From an uncultured Planctomycetia bacterium (GTDB taxonomy: Bacteria; Omnitrophota; Gorgyraeia; Duberdicusellales; 4484-171): DNA of 64,000 nucleotides. The notes under the pieces are model-generated. The model ran no database searches. It was not told the DNA's origin and worked only from the letters and a program-made list of their open reading frames with translations. Where the stretch lies: the NCBI GenBank assembly GCA_964629655.1, contig CAZVQU010000002.1:524878-588877 (forward strand). The letters are read 5' to 3'. Shown piece by piece: positions 9,949-19,707 of the stretch; within the stretch, counting starts at the first letter, position 1, and the number at the start of each line of letters is the position of its first letter. The translations under genes were made by a program, and so were the position numbers.

Positions 9949-10857
9949 TTAGAAATGAGTATATCCTTTGACTTCCACCTTGGATATCTTATTGTTATCT
10001 CTTATTTTATAACCGCAAGCTCTGGAAACGATTCTACCGACACAATAAAACTTCTTTTTCAAACAAGAAAGTTTCTTCTCATTTTTATCAATAGTAAAGA
10101 TTAACTCATAATCTTCTCCACGATAAAGGTCTAAGTCTCCTCTAGCAAGAGGAATATCCTTTTTATCTAAAATAGCGCCTTTTTCACTTAGTTTCAACAC
10201 TCGATATAAATCAAGAATAAAGCCATCGCTAATATCAATCATAGAATTTACCTTAAAGTTTCTAGCTAAATATTGAGCTTCTTTTATTCTTGGAGTAAAA
10301 GGTTTATCAAAGGGCCTTTTTCCCAATTTAGAAGTTATAAAGATATAGTCTCCTAGTTTAGCCCCGGAGCGAAGAATCGGTTTTCGGCAACTGCCTACTC
10401 CCCAGACATCTAAAATTAACTGCTCTGAACTTGAAGTATCTCCGCCGACTAATGAAAACTTATACTGCTCGGATAATTTTAAAATTCCCTGCAGTATCTG
10501 CTTTAGATATCTTTTATCTAAGCCCCTTGGTGCAGCTAAAGATACTCCGATAAATTTAGGCACACCGCCGCAAGCTGCAAAGTCAGATAAGACTCTCGCC
10601 ACTGCTCTTTTGCCGATATTCTCAAAGCTGATCTTTTTCCGATTAAAGTGAACCCGGTCAATAAATAAGTCGCTTTTTAAAAGAAGGTTTTGACTTCCGG
10701 CTTTAACCACAGCGCAGTCATCGCCGATGCCAACCGATGAACCCTTAGCCGTCTTTACCTTTTTTCTTAAATAATCAACCCATTCTAGTTCGCTCATGAG
10801 TGATGATATTATAGGGTAAATGTGGTTAAATTCAAAGGAAAATATAAAAATCATCAT
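9949..10857 (-). CDS. thiL: thiamine-monophosphate kinase (AIR-synthase-related fold)
   Basis: GIGDDCAVV, LLLKSDLFIDRVHF and GGDTS motifs. The true start is probably an internal Met (MSELEW...), because the first ~20 codons are hydrophobic junk. Confidence 0.75.
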   Translation of the reverse strand: MMIFIFSFEFNHIYPIISSLMSELEWVDYLRKKVKTAKGSSVGIGDDCAVVKAGSQNLLLKSDLFIDRVHFNRKKISFENIGKRAVARVLSDFAACGGVPKFIGVSLAAPRGLDKRYLKQILQGILKLSEQYKFSLVGGDTSSSEQLILDVWGVGSCRKPILRSGAKLGDYIFITSKLGKRPFDKPFTPRIKEAQYLARNFKVNSMIDISDGFILDLYRVLKLSEKGAILDKKDIPLARGDLDLYRGEDYELIFTIDKNEKKLSCLKKKFYCVGRIVSRACGYKIRDNNKISKVEVKGYTHF

Positions 10858-11122
10858 TGCCCCTAAGGGCTAGGCATGCTACCATGAATAAATAAAAGTT
10901 ACGTCTATTAATTGTTAGGTGAAAAACTTAATTAATATTGGAAAACAAAAAGGAAGGATATTGAAATTGCATTGGTGATGTGAAATACTTAAAAGACAGG
11001 GAAACACGTGCTGAACCTGTTTCGTCAGAACCAGAAAAACATATGTTACATGGTTTAATTCTCAAAATTACAGAGTTATAAATAACCGCTGTCCCATTCA
11101 TATTTAAACTTAACTTAAAGAG

Positions 11123-13075
11123 GTGTCGTTAATGTGCGGAATATGTGGAAAATTTGAATTTGCTTCTAATCAATCAGCAAATCAATCAATAATTGAAAAA
11201 ATGACTACTACCTTGAAACATCGTCCAAGCACGCAAAGTATATTTATGAATGGAAATATTGGTTTCGGGCTTATAACAAATTGTTGCGGCAGTAAAAGAG
11301 AAACTAAATGCTCTGGCTGTGTCTGTGCGGGCCTTGACAATACAGCTAATGCAGAAAAAAGAATAAGGTTTACCGCAAAAGATAAAGAACTACTACTGGT
11401 GTATGAAGGCGAATTATACAACTTTCATGAATTAAAAACGGATATAAATCAGAAGGGGCACTCTTTAAAAACAAACTCAAAAGTAGAAGTTATCCTACAT
11501 CTTTATGAGGAATACGGAGTTGATTGCATCCGGTATTTAAACGGAATATTCGCCTTGGCGATTTGGGATAAAAAAACTAGATCATTATTACTGGCCCGAG
11601 ACAGATTTGGAAGTAAACCCCTGTATTATACAATACAATCTGGCTGGATGAGTTTCGGATCAGAGATAAAAGCTATCTTAGCAGATCCGAATTGCAAGAA
11701 AAGTATAAATTTCTCCGGTTTACATGACTATTTGTCTTACAACTACGTTCCTTCTCCGAAAACCTTAATTAACGACATCAACATGATTCCTCCGGGACAT
11801 GTATTGTTATGTTCCGAAAACAAAATAAGTTTACAAGAGTATTGGAAACCAGAGGAAAATGTTGAACAGCTAAGAGACGAATCGTATTTCCTAGATTCTC
11901 TCTACGATAAGCTAAAAAAATCAGTCTTGCAACAATTAGATCAGGAAAAATCCATAGGGCTTTTTTTTAGTGGTGGATTAGATTCCAGTTCTCTTGCATA
12001 TTTAGTAAACAGCGTAAAAAAAAATGTCAAATTAAAAGGTTTCTATGCATCCTTCCGGGAATCGAAATATGATCCTTCACAGACTGTTTTATTTGCTGCC
12101 AAAAAACTAAACATAGATTGCACCAGAGTAATCATTAATCCAGACATATGTAATCTGCTTCCAAAAATTATTTGGCATCGGGATAATTTAGCGGCTGACC
12201 CATCTGTACTCGCTACATATCTCGTTGCCGACCACATTAAACATAACACATCTTTAGAAGTAGCATTCAGCGGATCAGGTTCTGATGAAACACTGGGCGG
12301 ATTTAATACTTATTTAGGTGATGTAGCAAGCTATTACTATCGCCGTCTAGTTCCTAAATTCTTAAGGAAGAACACTGCAAAAATTGCAAGTAAACTTTCT
12401 ATTTCTAATTGGCCGGTTAGCTTGCGTTTTAAAATAAAGCATCTTTTAATGGGAGCGCAATACGATGACATAGATAGAACCCATTATTTTTGGCGGCGCT
12501 GCTTTAGTGAGCAAGAAAAAAGAAAATTGTATGTTAGTGAATTACGGAAAGATATTTCTCATGATTCTTTTGATATATACAAAAAAGAGACACGCCAAAT
12601 AGAAAGTATAACAGATTTTAATAAACTTATTTGTGCCGATTTCAAGATACTTTCTCCGGGATTATTGCAGCCGATATTCGAGTGCGCAAATAGAGCAACA
12701 GGATTAAAAATTAGATCGCCGTTTTTGGATAATTCCTTGCTGGATTTTATATTATCTATACCATTTAACTTAAAAGTCAACAAACTAGAATCAAAATATT
12801 TGCTCAAAAAATTAATGCGTGGTAGGCTCCCACATAAAATTATATATGGCCCAAAAAAAGGACTCAGCGTGCCTGTAGGGTTATGGATAAAGAAAGAAGC
12901 TAAAGGTATTGTCACAGATTATCTTTCCGAAACGAATCTAAAAAGATTGGGCTATTTTGACGTAACATATGTTCAGAACTTATTAAACAAGCATTTCTCA
13001 GGAAACGAGGATAACACTTTTAAAATATGGTCGCTTTTTAACTTTTGCATTTGGCACAGCTTGTTTTTTAAATAA
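11123..13075 (+). CDS. asnB: asparagine synthetase (glutamine-hydrolysing) family protein
   Basis: MCGICG Ntn-glutamine amidotransferase nucleophile; PP-loop SGGLDSS. The functional start is most likely the ATG immediately before Cys, 3 codons into the tracked ORF. Confidence 0.8.
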   Translation: MSLMCGICGKFEFASNQSANQSIIEKMTTTLKHRPSTQSIFMNGNIGFGLITNCCGSKRETKCSGCVCAGLDNTANAEKRIRFTAKDKELLLVYEGELYNFHELKTDINQKGHSLKTNSKVEVILHLYEEYGVDCIRYLNGIFALAIWDKKTRSLLLARDRFGSKPLYYTIQSGWMSFGSEIKAILADPNCKKSINFSGLHDYLSYNYVPSPKTLINDINMIPPGHVLLCSENKISLQEYWKPEENVEQLRDESYFLDSLYDKLKKSVLQQLDQEKSIGLFFSGGLDSSSLAYLVNSVKKNVKLKGFYASFRESKYDPSQTVLFAAKKLNIDCTRVIINPDICNLLPKIIWHRDNLAADPSVLATYLVADHIKHNTSLEVAFSGSGSDETLGGFNTYLGDVASYYYRRLVPKFLRKNTAKIASKLSISNWPVSLRFKIKHLLMGAQYDDIDRTHYFWRRCFSEQEKRKLYVSELRKDISHDSFDIYKKETRQIESITDFNKLICADFKILSPGLLQPIFECANRATGLKIRSPFLDNSLLDFILSIPFNLKVNKLESKYLLKKLMRGRLPHKIIYGPKKGLSVPVGLWIKKEAKGIVTDYLSETNLKRLGYFDVTYVQNLLNKHFSGNEDNTFKIWSLFNFCIWHSLFFK

Positions 13076-13189
13076 ATATACTTCTGGCGCTGGTATGATC
13101 AAATTTAAACTTGATCACATGTTGAATGGTGTATTTATAATTTGTTGTGCTAACAAAGGATAGGACAGCGAAAACATCCCCTGTAATAC

Positions 13190-13519
13190 TTATGAGCGAA
13201 TCATTACCAACAACATTTTGAAATTTTCTATAGCCTTTAAGGCATGGGGCTTATTTGCTGGTAAAATAATCATCTGACCAGATTCTACGTTATTCAGTTC
13301 ACCGGAAATTGTAATTTCTGCTTTGCCAGAAAGAATATGGACCATAGCATCAAAGGGAGCAGTATGTTCACTTAAGGCTTGTCCTTTACTAAAAGCAAAT
13401 AATGTTACGGTTCCGGTTTCTTTCTTTATTAAAGTCCTACTTACGATTGATCCATCTTGATAATCCACTAAATCATTCATATTTTCTAATTTTGCCTCTT
13501 GTCCCACATTCTCCTCCAA
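13190..13519 (-). CDS. cupin-domain protein
   Basis: ~109 aa; HTAPFDAMVHILSGKAEITISGE pattern of the cupin_2 barrel. Confidence 0.5.
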   Translation of the reverse strand: MEENVGQEAKLENMNDLVDYQDGSIVSRTLIKKETGTVTLFAFSKGQALSEHTAPFDAMVHILSGKAEITISGELNNVESGQMIILPANKPHALKAIENFKMLLVMIRS

Positions 13520-13524
13520 TTTAT

Positions 13525-14007
13525 TTAATTCGGCCTTACGTAAAGAATTATTTTATGATTACCTTTAATGCTCGGATACTCGGTCCCGACTTTATTAAAA
13601 CCATGGCTGTTGAGCATATAATGCATAATATAATTATCCGAGCGCACTGTTGTGTAAACGCTCGCTCCGTTAAGCTGATTAATCATTGCCTCAAGCAATT
13701 TTCGGCCGAAACCTTTACCTCTTGATTCCGGTTTTGCATACATCCAACCCATTTCTAGTTCATAGCTACTCGCAATATCACTACACCCGGCTTTCTCAAA
13801 AATACTATTTTTGTATTGTTGGTAAAAACGTTTGATTGCGCTAACAGCTACCAGAGAAGGATCTTTGAGAAAGAAAAGCTTTTTTGCTCTTCTGACTCTC
13901 TCCTTTAATCCACTAGGGTCTACTTCACCGCCCTGATTAACCAGGCTGACGAATTCATTTATTTCCTGATCCAAACATTCACTTGGTAGCTTTATAATAA
14001 GTTCCAC
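13525..14007 (-). CDS. GNAT-family N-acetyltransferase
   Basis: RGKGFGRKLLEAM acetyl-CoA pyrophosphate-binding motif (motif A). Confidence 0.6.
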   Translation of the reverse strand: MELIIKLPSECLDQEINEFVSLVNQGGEVDPSGLKERVRRAKKLFFLKDPSLVAVSAIKRFYQQYKNSIFEKAGCSDIASSYELEMGWMYAKPESRGKGFGRKLLEAMINQLNGASVYTTVRSDNYIMHYMLNSHGFNKVGTEYPSIKGNHKIILYVRPN

Positions 14008-14009
14008 CG

Positions 14010-15041
14010 CTACCCTAAAACCTTCTTTATATTCTTACCAAACGGAGGGCTAATTACTCCCTTATCGCTGACTATGGCAGTAATTAGTTTATTAGGGGTT
14101 ACGTCAAAGGCAGGATTATAAACCTTTACTCTCTTAGGGGCAACTTCTACTCTGTTGACTAACTTCCTTACCTCATCTTTATTTCTCTCTTCAATCGGAA
14201 TCGATTTTCCGCTCTTTAACTTTAAGTCAAAGGTACTAAAAGGAGCTACTATATAAAAAGGAATCTTATGATGCTTAGCTAATATTGCTAAGCCATAAGT
14301 GCCAATCTTATTGGCAGCATCACCATTAGCAGCAATTCTATCGGCCCCGACAAAAATCCTGTCAATTTTTCCCTGTTTCATTAAAATTGCCGCCATATTA
14401 TCACAGATAACAGTTGTTGGAACTCCTCTTTTATTTAGCTCCCAAGCACTCAGCCGTGAACCCTGTAGCAGAGGTCTGGTTTCGTCAGTATAAACTCCTA
14501 TATCCTTATAGAGCTCATGGGCCTTATAAATAACCGCCAAAGCTGTTCCATTTCCGGAAGTAGCCAGAAATCCGGCATTACAATGAGTTAGAATTCTATC
14601 GCCTTTTTTTATAAGCTTAACTCCCTGATTAGCCATCCGCTCACAAAGTAAGATATCTTCTGAGTTAATTGCCTGAGCTTCTTTCAAAATCTTATTCTTT
14701 ATGCAAGCTATACTATTATTCTTATTTTTTGATACAGCTTTCTCTAGTCTTTCTAAAGCCCAAGCTAAATTAACTGCTGTCGGGCGGCAGGATTTAAGGC
14801 TCTTTGAAGCTCTCTGAAACTGGCTTAAGAATTTCTTCTTAGTTAAAGATTTATTCTTAAAATGTATATAAAGACAGTAAGCTGCAAAGACTCCGATTAA
14901 GGGAGCACCCCTTACTTGGAGCTCTCCTATAGCCTTGTAACCGCCACTTAAATTCTTACACTCTTTCCAAACCTCTTTTAAGGGGAGTTTGGTTTGATCA
15001 ATATAGAATAAACGCTTATTTTTAAACTTTATAGCTCGCAT
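14010..15041 (-). CDS. eIF-2B alpha/beta/delta-like isomerase (methylthioribose-1-phosphate isomerase MtnA or ribose-1,5-bisphosphate isomerase)
   Basis: Family-typical QTKLP...GAPLIGV N-terminus and C-terminal GADRIAANGD...NKIGTY. The two subfamilies cannot be separated by eye. Confidence 0.75.
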   Translation of the reverse strand: MRAIKFKNKRLFYIDQTKLPLKEVWKECKNLSGGYKAIGELQVRGAPLIGVFAAYCLYIHFKNKSLTKKKFLSQFQRASKSLKSCRPTAVNLAWALERLEKAVSKNKNNSIACIKNKILKEAQAINSEDILLCERMANQGVKLIKKGDRILTHCNAGFLATSGNGTALAVIYKAHELYKDIGVYTDETRPLLQGSRLSAWELNKRGVPTTVICDNMAAILMKQGKIDRIFVGADRIAANGDAANKIGTYGLAILAKHHKIPFYIVAPFSTFDLKLKSGKSIPIEERNKDEVRKLVNRVEVAPKRVKVYNPAFDVTPNKLITAIVSDKGVISPPFGKNIKKVLG

Positions 15042-15103
15042 TTTGATTTTATTATTCGAAAATTTTGGAAGACCTATCGTTTTGAAGATGAAATAAAGAG
15101 TAA

Positions 15104-15484
15104 CTATTTCCTGATAAACCTATTGATACAGTCAATTAGCTCCTCAGGATCAAAGGGTTTGTTCAAAAAAGCTTGAGCACCCATTCCGTGAACCTTATTC
15201 CTTAATTCCTCTCCTTGCTGAGCAGTTAGCACTATAACCGGTATATTATTGGTATATGTTGACCTTTTTAAATTTTCTAAAACAAAAAATCCTCCACCGG
15301 CAGGCAAACCCAAATCCAGAATTACTAAATCCACCTTTTCTTTTTGGGCCTGGCTTGTACCTTGCAGCCCGTCATTGGCAATAAAAGTTGCGTACCCTCG
15401 GGATTTCAGCAAAATCGATAAACCAGACGCTAATTCATTCTCGTCTTCAATAATCAATATTTTCTTAGCTGTTTCTTCGCCCAT
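15104..15484 (-). CDS. single-domain response regulator
   Basis: ILIIEDE, VILDLGLP (phospho-Asp), VLTAQ and KPF motifs. Confidence 0.8.
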   Translation of the reverse strand: MGEETAKKILIIEDENELASGLSILLKSRGYATFIANDGLQGTSQAQKEKVDLVILDLGLPAGGGFFVLENLKRSTYTNNIPVIVLTAQQGEELRNKVHGMGAQAFLNKPFDPEELIDCINRFIRK

Positions 15485-16487
15485 TTTTAGACCTTGCCCC
15501 TCCCCTTAAATCACATGGCAACAACACAATAAATTTACTACCCTTACCGGCCCAATCCTCAGCCCAGACTTTTCCCTTGTGAAATTCAATAATATCCTTA
15601 GTAATCGCAAGCCCAAGGCCAGTACCCTCTTTTTGATTATTAACTCTTTCAAATTTATCAAATATTTTTGATAATTTGTCGTTAGGTATACTTGGTCCGC
15701 TATTCATGCACTCTAATCTAAGCAAATTATTCTCAAAAAAAGCTTTCAAGCTCACTGAACCACCCTGGGGAGTATATTTCGCAGCATTACCGATGAGATT
15801 ATTCAGAACTTGATTAATTTTATCCTTATCCCCCCACAAAAATAACTGGTCATTAGCGATTTCCTTATCTACCTTTATGGATTTCTCACGAAACAAACCA
15901 TCAAATTCTTTAGCCTGCTCATTCAATATCTGCGAAAAATTGCACAACTCTCTCTTACCGCCAACCATCCTGGCTTCAATCTTATGTAAGTCTAGAAGAT
16001 CGGTTATCAAACGGCTCATCCTGTCTATTACGCTACGGCAGATGTTAAGAACTTTTTTCTGCTCACTGGTTATGTTGCCTGCTATACCCTTTAACATATT
16101 AAATATACTTAGCCGGATAGTAGCAAGAGGGTTTTTGAGCTCATGCGAGACCGTGGCAACAAATTTTGATTTTAATTGATCGCTGTGTTTTGCCCGGGCG
16201 GCATAAACAATGATTCTAGTTAAAATGCTTCTTATAACCGAGTACCCTATATAGAAACCACAAACAGAGATCAAAATAGTTACGGCTAACATAAAGCCGA
16301 TCTCACCGATGAGAATATCAAGAGTAAACAATCTATTCACTAAAATATAGAAGAACACCAAAAAAGGCACTATGCTCATCAGAGAAAAAGCTACATTAAA
16401 TTTACGGCGAGGGTCTCCTTTTAGCTCCTGCAGTACTAATTTTAATGACTGATCATCAATTTTTTTCTTTTCCATGCTCTCCTCCAA
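15465..16487 (-). CDS. sensor histidine kinase (2 TM helices, HisKA, HATPase_c); 20-nt overlap with the response regulator
   Basis: H-box SHELKNPLATI; N-box LIGNAAKYT; G2 GTGLGLAITKD. Confidence 0.8.
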   Translation of the reverse strand: MEESMEKKKIDDQSLKLVLQELKGDPRRKFNVAFSLMSIVPFLVFFYILVNRLFTLDILIGEIGFMLAVTILISVCGFYIGYSVIRSILTRIIVYAARAKHSDQLKSKFVATVSHELKNPLATIRLSIFNMLKGIAGNITSEQKKVLNICRSVIDRMSRLITDLLDLHKIEARMVGGKRELCNFSQILNEQAKEFDGLFREKSIKVDKEIANDQLFLWGDKDKINQVLNNLIGNAAKYTPQGGSVSLKAFFENNLLRLECMNSGPSIPNDKLSKIFDKFERVNNQKEGTGLGLAITKDIIEFHKGKVWAEDWAGKGSKFIVLLPCDLRGGARSKNGRRNS

Positions 16488-16615
16488 TATTGATGAATAT
16501 TCCTTTTCAAGCTCATTATAAGCCTGAAACGCTCCTTTTCAAACAAATTATTTAGTAGATTTAATACCCAAATAATCCCCTGTCACTATTAGAAAAAGGG
16601 CTATTTTGGCGCCTT

Positions 16616-17377
16616 TTACCGCTTAGACCTTAGAATTCCAGGGAATAATAGATTTATATTAGTAGAAATGGCCTGTTTTAGGTTTTTTTCGCTAATTCCC
16701 TTAATTTCAGCTGCTTCTTTGTAGGTCTTATCAATATCCAAAGGCGTTGAGGGCTTACCTGCAACCCGCATATAAGGAGAATCAGTCTCAAGAATTAGCT
16801 TATCTAAAGGGCAGCTCTTTAAAGATTGGGTAATTTCTTCCTTTTTTCTTAGGATATTAAGAGAAAAGGATACAAATCCTCTTCTTTCAACGATCTTAGC
16901 TAAAAAGTCCTGACTGTATGAGAAACAATGAAACACCACCGTTTCATAACTTGAGTAAAACTTATCTAAGATATCTAAAATCTTGGTATCTTGCCAGCGA
17001 TTATGTATCATAACCGGCAGGTCCTTATTTTTAGCTAACTCAATAAAGGCAGCTAGAATATCTTCTTGCAGCTGGACAGGGGAGTCAGCTTTATAATCTA
17101 AACCGATCTCACCGATAGCTATTACCTTCTTATTGTCATCAATAAGCTTATCATAGTCTCTAATTACTGTCGGTGAGAAGCTCTTTCCTGAGAAGGGATG
17201 GAATCCCAAGGCGCTATACACAAAATCATGCTTACTTGAGACCTCTAAAGATACTTTAGAACTATTTAAATCAATGCTGGAGTCAATAAAACAATATTCG
17301 CCCTTAGAAGATGACATTACATCCTCTCTGGTAATTTTAGAGAGTGAATTAAGGTGGCAATGTGAATCAATCAACAT
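16616..17377 (-). CDS. tatD: TatD-family metal-dependent hydrolase
   Basis: MLIDSHCHLN start; HxH plus E/H/D metal ligands spread through ~253 aa. Confidence 0.8.
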   Translation of the reverse strand: MLIDSHCHLNSLSKITREDVMSSSKGEYCFIDSSIDLNSSKVSLEVSSKHDFVYSALGFHPFSGKSFSPTVIRDYDKLIDDNKKVIAIGEIGLDYKADSPVQLQEDILAAFIELAKNKDLPVMIHNRWQDTKILDILDKFYSSYETVVFHCFSYSQDFLAKIVERRGFVSFSLNILRKKEEITQSLKSCPLDKLILETDSPYMRVAGKPSTPLDIDKTYKEAAEIKGISEKNLKQAISTNINLLFPGILRSKR

Positions 17378-18917
17378 CTATACGCGGAAAAAGAGGTGAC
17401 TCTTTTTTTATTGAGAAACTTAATTTACTACCCCAGGAACTCTCCCCATGGGAGAAAGACTTAGCCTCTAAACCTAGCTGCCTGTATATTGACTCTGAAA
17501 CCTTAGGCGTAACCGGATAAATATATAAAGCAACTATTCTGATTCCTTCACAAAGCCCGGCTAAGAAGTCTTTTATCTCACCTATTTTCTTCTCTTTCCA
17601 GAGAATCCAAGGCTTAGTATCTTCAATATACTTATTCATCACCCGAATGAAGGCGAATATCTCCTCTAGGGCCAGAGAAAACCGGCAATTATCCATATGA
17701 GTAGTATAGTTCTTATTTAAGTTCTCTAAACAACTCCTAAACTCTCCTGGCGCTTTAGTGCTTGAAGAGACCTCGGCCTCTAAATACTTCTCAGCCATAT
17801 TTAAAGTCCTGAAGACTAAATTACCTAAATCATTAGCTAAGTCAGAGTTGGTTCTATTCACTAAAGCAGCCCAGGAAAAACTTCCGTCTAGGCCTACCGG
17901 GATCTCTCTAAGCAAAAAATAGCGAAAAGCATCTACAGCTGCATCCTGACTACCGCCTAAAGATGCACTTAAGCTTGAGAGAAGCTCTAGGGGATTAACA
18001 ATATTTCCTCGAGACTTAGAGATCTTTTCTTCATCCTTTCTCCACCAGCCGTGGGCAAATATTATTTTTGGCGGCTCGATATCTAAAGCTTTTAACATTA
18101 TCGGCCAAAATATAGCATGGTGCCTTAAAATATCCTTACCGATGAAATGGATATCTGCCGGCCATAACTTTTTAAACTTATCATTCTTAAAAAAACAGCC
18201 AGCTGCGCTAATGTAATTAATTAGAGCATCAAACCAAACATAGACTACATAATTATCATCAAGAGGAAAATCTATACCCCAGGATACTCTACTTCTTGGC
18301 CGGGATATACAAAGATCTTCTAAAGAATTATTATTTAGGAATCCTAATACTTCATTGTAGCGTATCTTAGGCCTAACAGATGAAGGATTGTTCTTTAGAT
18401 GTTTTTTTAACCACTGCTCATACTTAGATAGCTTAAAAAAGTAATTCTCCTCTTCGATTTCCTCTACTTCCCGCTTACACTCCACACAGCCGCTGGCTTC
18501 TTTAACTTGGGCCCCGGTCCAGAATGACTCACAAGGAATACAATAGAAGGCCTTATACTTATCTTTATAAATATCTCCCTTCTTCTCTAGGGTAGTTATA
18601 ACTTTTCTCACCACATCGATATGATAATCATCAGTGGTACGGATAAAAGAATCATAAGAAATATTTAGCATAGCCCATAGGCCCTTGAAAACTTCTGCTC
18701 CTTTATCAACAAAAGCCTTAACCTCATTTTCGCTAGCTACAGCGGCCTGCTTTATCTTCTCACCATGTTCATCAGTACCAGTAAGGAAAAAAACCTCATC
18801 GGCCTTTGCCCGCTCATAACGAGCCATGCTATCAGCTATAATATTAGTATAGGCGTGGCCAATATGAGGATCAGCATTTACATAATAAAGGGGTGTAGTG
18901 AGGTAAGACTTACGCAT
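17367..18917 (-). CDS. metG: methionyl-tRNA synthetase (short form)
   Basis: HIGH motif (PHIGHAYT); KMSKS-like KISKSRGN; zinc knuckle CIPCE...CVEC. Confidence 0.9.
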   Translation of the reverse strand: MRKSYLTTPLYYVNADPHIGHAYTNIIADSMARYERAKADEVFFLTGTDEHGEKIKQAAVASENEVKAFVDKGAEVFKGLWAMLNISYDSFIRTTDDYHIDVVRKVITTLEKKGDIYKDKYKAFYCIPCESFWTGAQVKEASGCVECKREVEEIEEENYFFKLSKYEQWLKKHLKNNPSSVRPKIRYNEVLGFLNNNSLEDLCISRPRSRVSWGIDFPLDDNYVVYVWFDALINYISAAGCFFKNDKFKKLWPADIHFIGKDILRHHAIFWPIMLKALDIEPPKIIFAHGWWRKDEEKISKSRGNIVNPLELLSSLSASLGGSQDAAVDAFRYFLLREIPVGLDGSFSWAALVNRTNSDLANDLGNLVFRTLNMAEKYLEAEVSSSTKAPGEFRSCLENLNKNYTTHMDNCRFSLALEEIFAFIRVMNKYIEDTKPWILWKEKKIGEIKDFLAGLCEGIRIVALYIYPVTPKVSESIYRQLGLEAKSFSHGESSWGSKLSFSIKKESPLFPRIDVD

Positions 18918-19704
18918 TCTCCTTAAAAAAAATCTTCTCTATCCTGCCGTCTTCCAGCTCAACATAAGCAAGCCTTTTTAAGACATTTACTGAGACAACC
19001 TTTCCCTTACCTTGGGCAGTCTCAATAGTCTGCCCTTCTTTAGGCAAGCCTTTAGATAAATCCCGGTAGTTCTTGTACTCATAAAAAAGACAGCACATCA
19101 ACCGGCCGCAAATACCGGAAATCTTTCCCGAGCTTAAAGGTAGCTTCTGGACCTTAGCCATCTTCATACTTACCGGCTCAAAATTCTTTAAAAATCTCAT
19201 GCAGCACAATTTTTGTCCGCAGGGACCGACTCCGCCAAAAAGGCGAGCCTCATCTCTTACACCAATCTGGCGCATCTCGATACGGATCTTAAATATCTTA
19301 GCTAACTCTTTAACTAACTCCCGAAAATCTACTCTTCCTTCAGAAGTGAAGTAAAAAACTATCTTCTTCTTATCAAATGAATACTCACTATCAACTAGCT
19401 TCATAGCCAGCTTATACTCCCGAACCTTACGAGCACATAGACGCATAGCATCTTTGGCTTCTCTCTCATTATTCTTTATCTGTTTTAAATCTTCAGGGGA
19501 TAATTTGCGGACTATATTTTTAACAACTCTCTCCTTAGCCTCAACCTTAGGACAGAGGTTCACATCATTGACCTCAATAACCTCACCATAGTCAACACCA
19601 CGGTCAGCCTCAATAAGAACATAGTCATGTACGGCTATATCTTCGGTAACCTGATAGGTCATAAGTTGACCAGCTTCTCTTAATCTTACTAAAGCAACTC
19701 TCAT
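18910..19704 (-). CDS. PSP1 C-terminal domain protein (RicT/YaaT-like)
   Basis: Sits between holB and metG as in Bacillus tmk-holB-yaaT; conserved Cys pairs (GPCGQKLCCMRF, CGRLMCC) typical of RicT. Confidence 0.7.
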   Translation of the reverse strand: MRVALVRLREAGQLMTYQVTEDIAVHDYVLIEADRGVDYGEVIEVNDVNLCPKVEAKERVVKNIVRKLSPEDLKQIKNNEREAKDAMRLCARKVREYKLAMKLVDSEYSFDKKKIVFYFTSEGRVDFRELVKELAKIFKIRIEMRQIGVRDEARLFGGVGPCGQKLCCMRFLKNFEPVSMKMAKVQKLPLSSGKISGICGRLMCCLFYEYKNYRDLSKGLPKEGQTIETAQGKGKVVSVNVLKRLAYVELEDGRIEKIFFKENA

Positions 19705-19707
19705 CTC

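Noticed and set aside
10858-11122. The longest intergenic region (265 nt) examined for a tRNA, small RNA or riboswitch
   Set aside because: No tRNA cloverleaf signature (T-loop GTTCRANYC, CCA context) and no recognisable riboswitch core were found. It is best explained as divergent promoters for thiL and asnB plus a leader hairpin.
13076-13189. Possible terminator between the convergent asnB and cupin genes (palindrome TGATCAAATTTAAACTTGATCA)
   Set aside because: It has a stem of only about 7 bp, is AT-rich and has no U-tract on either strand, so it cannot be supported as an intrinsic terminator.
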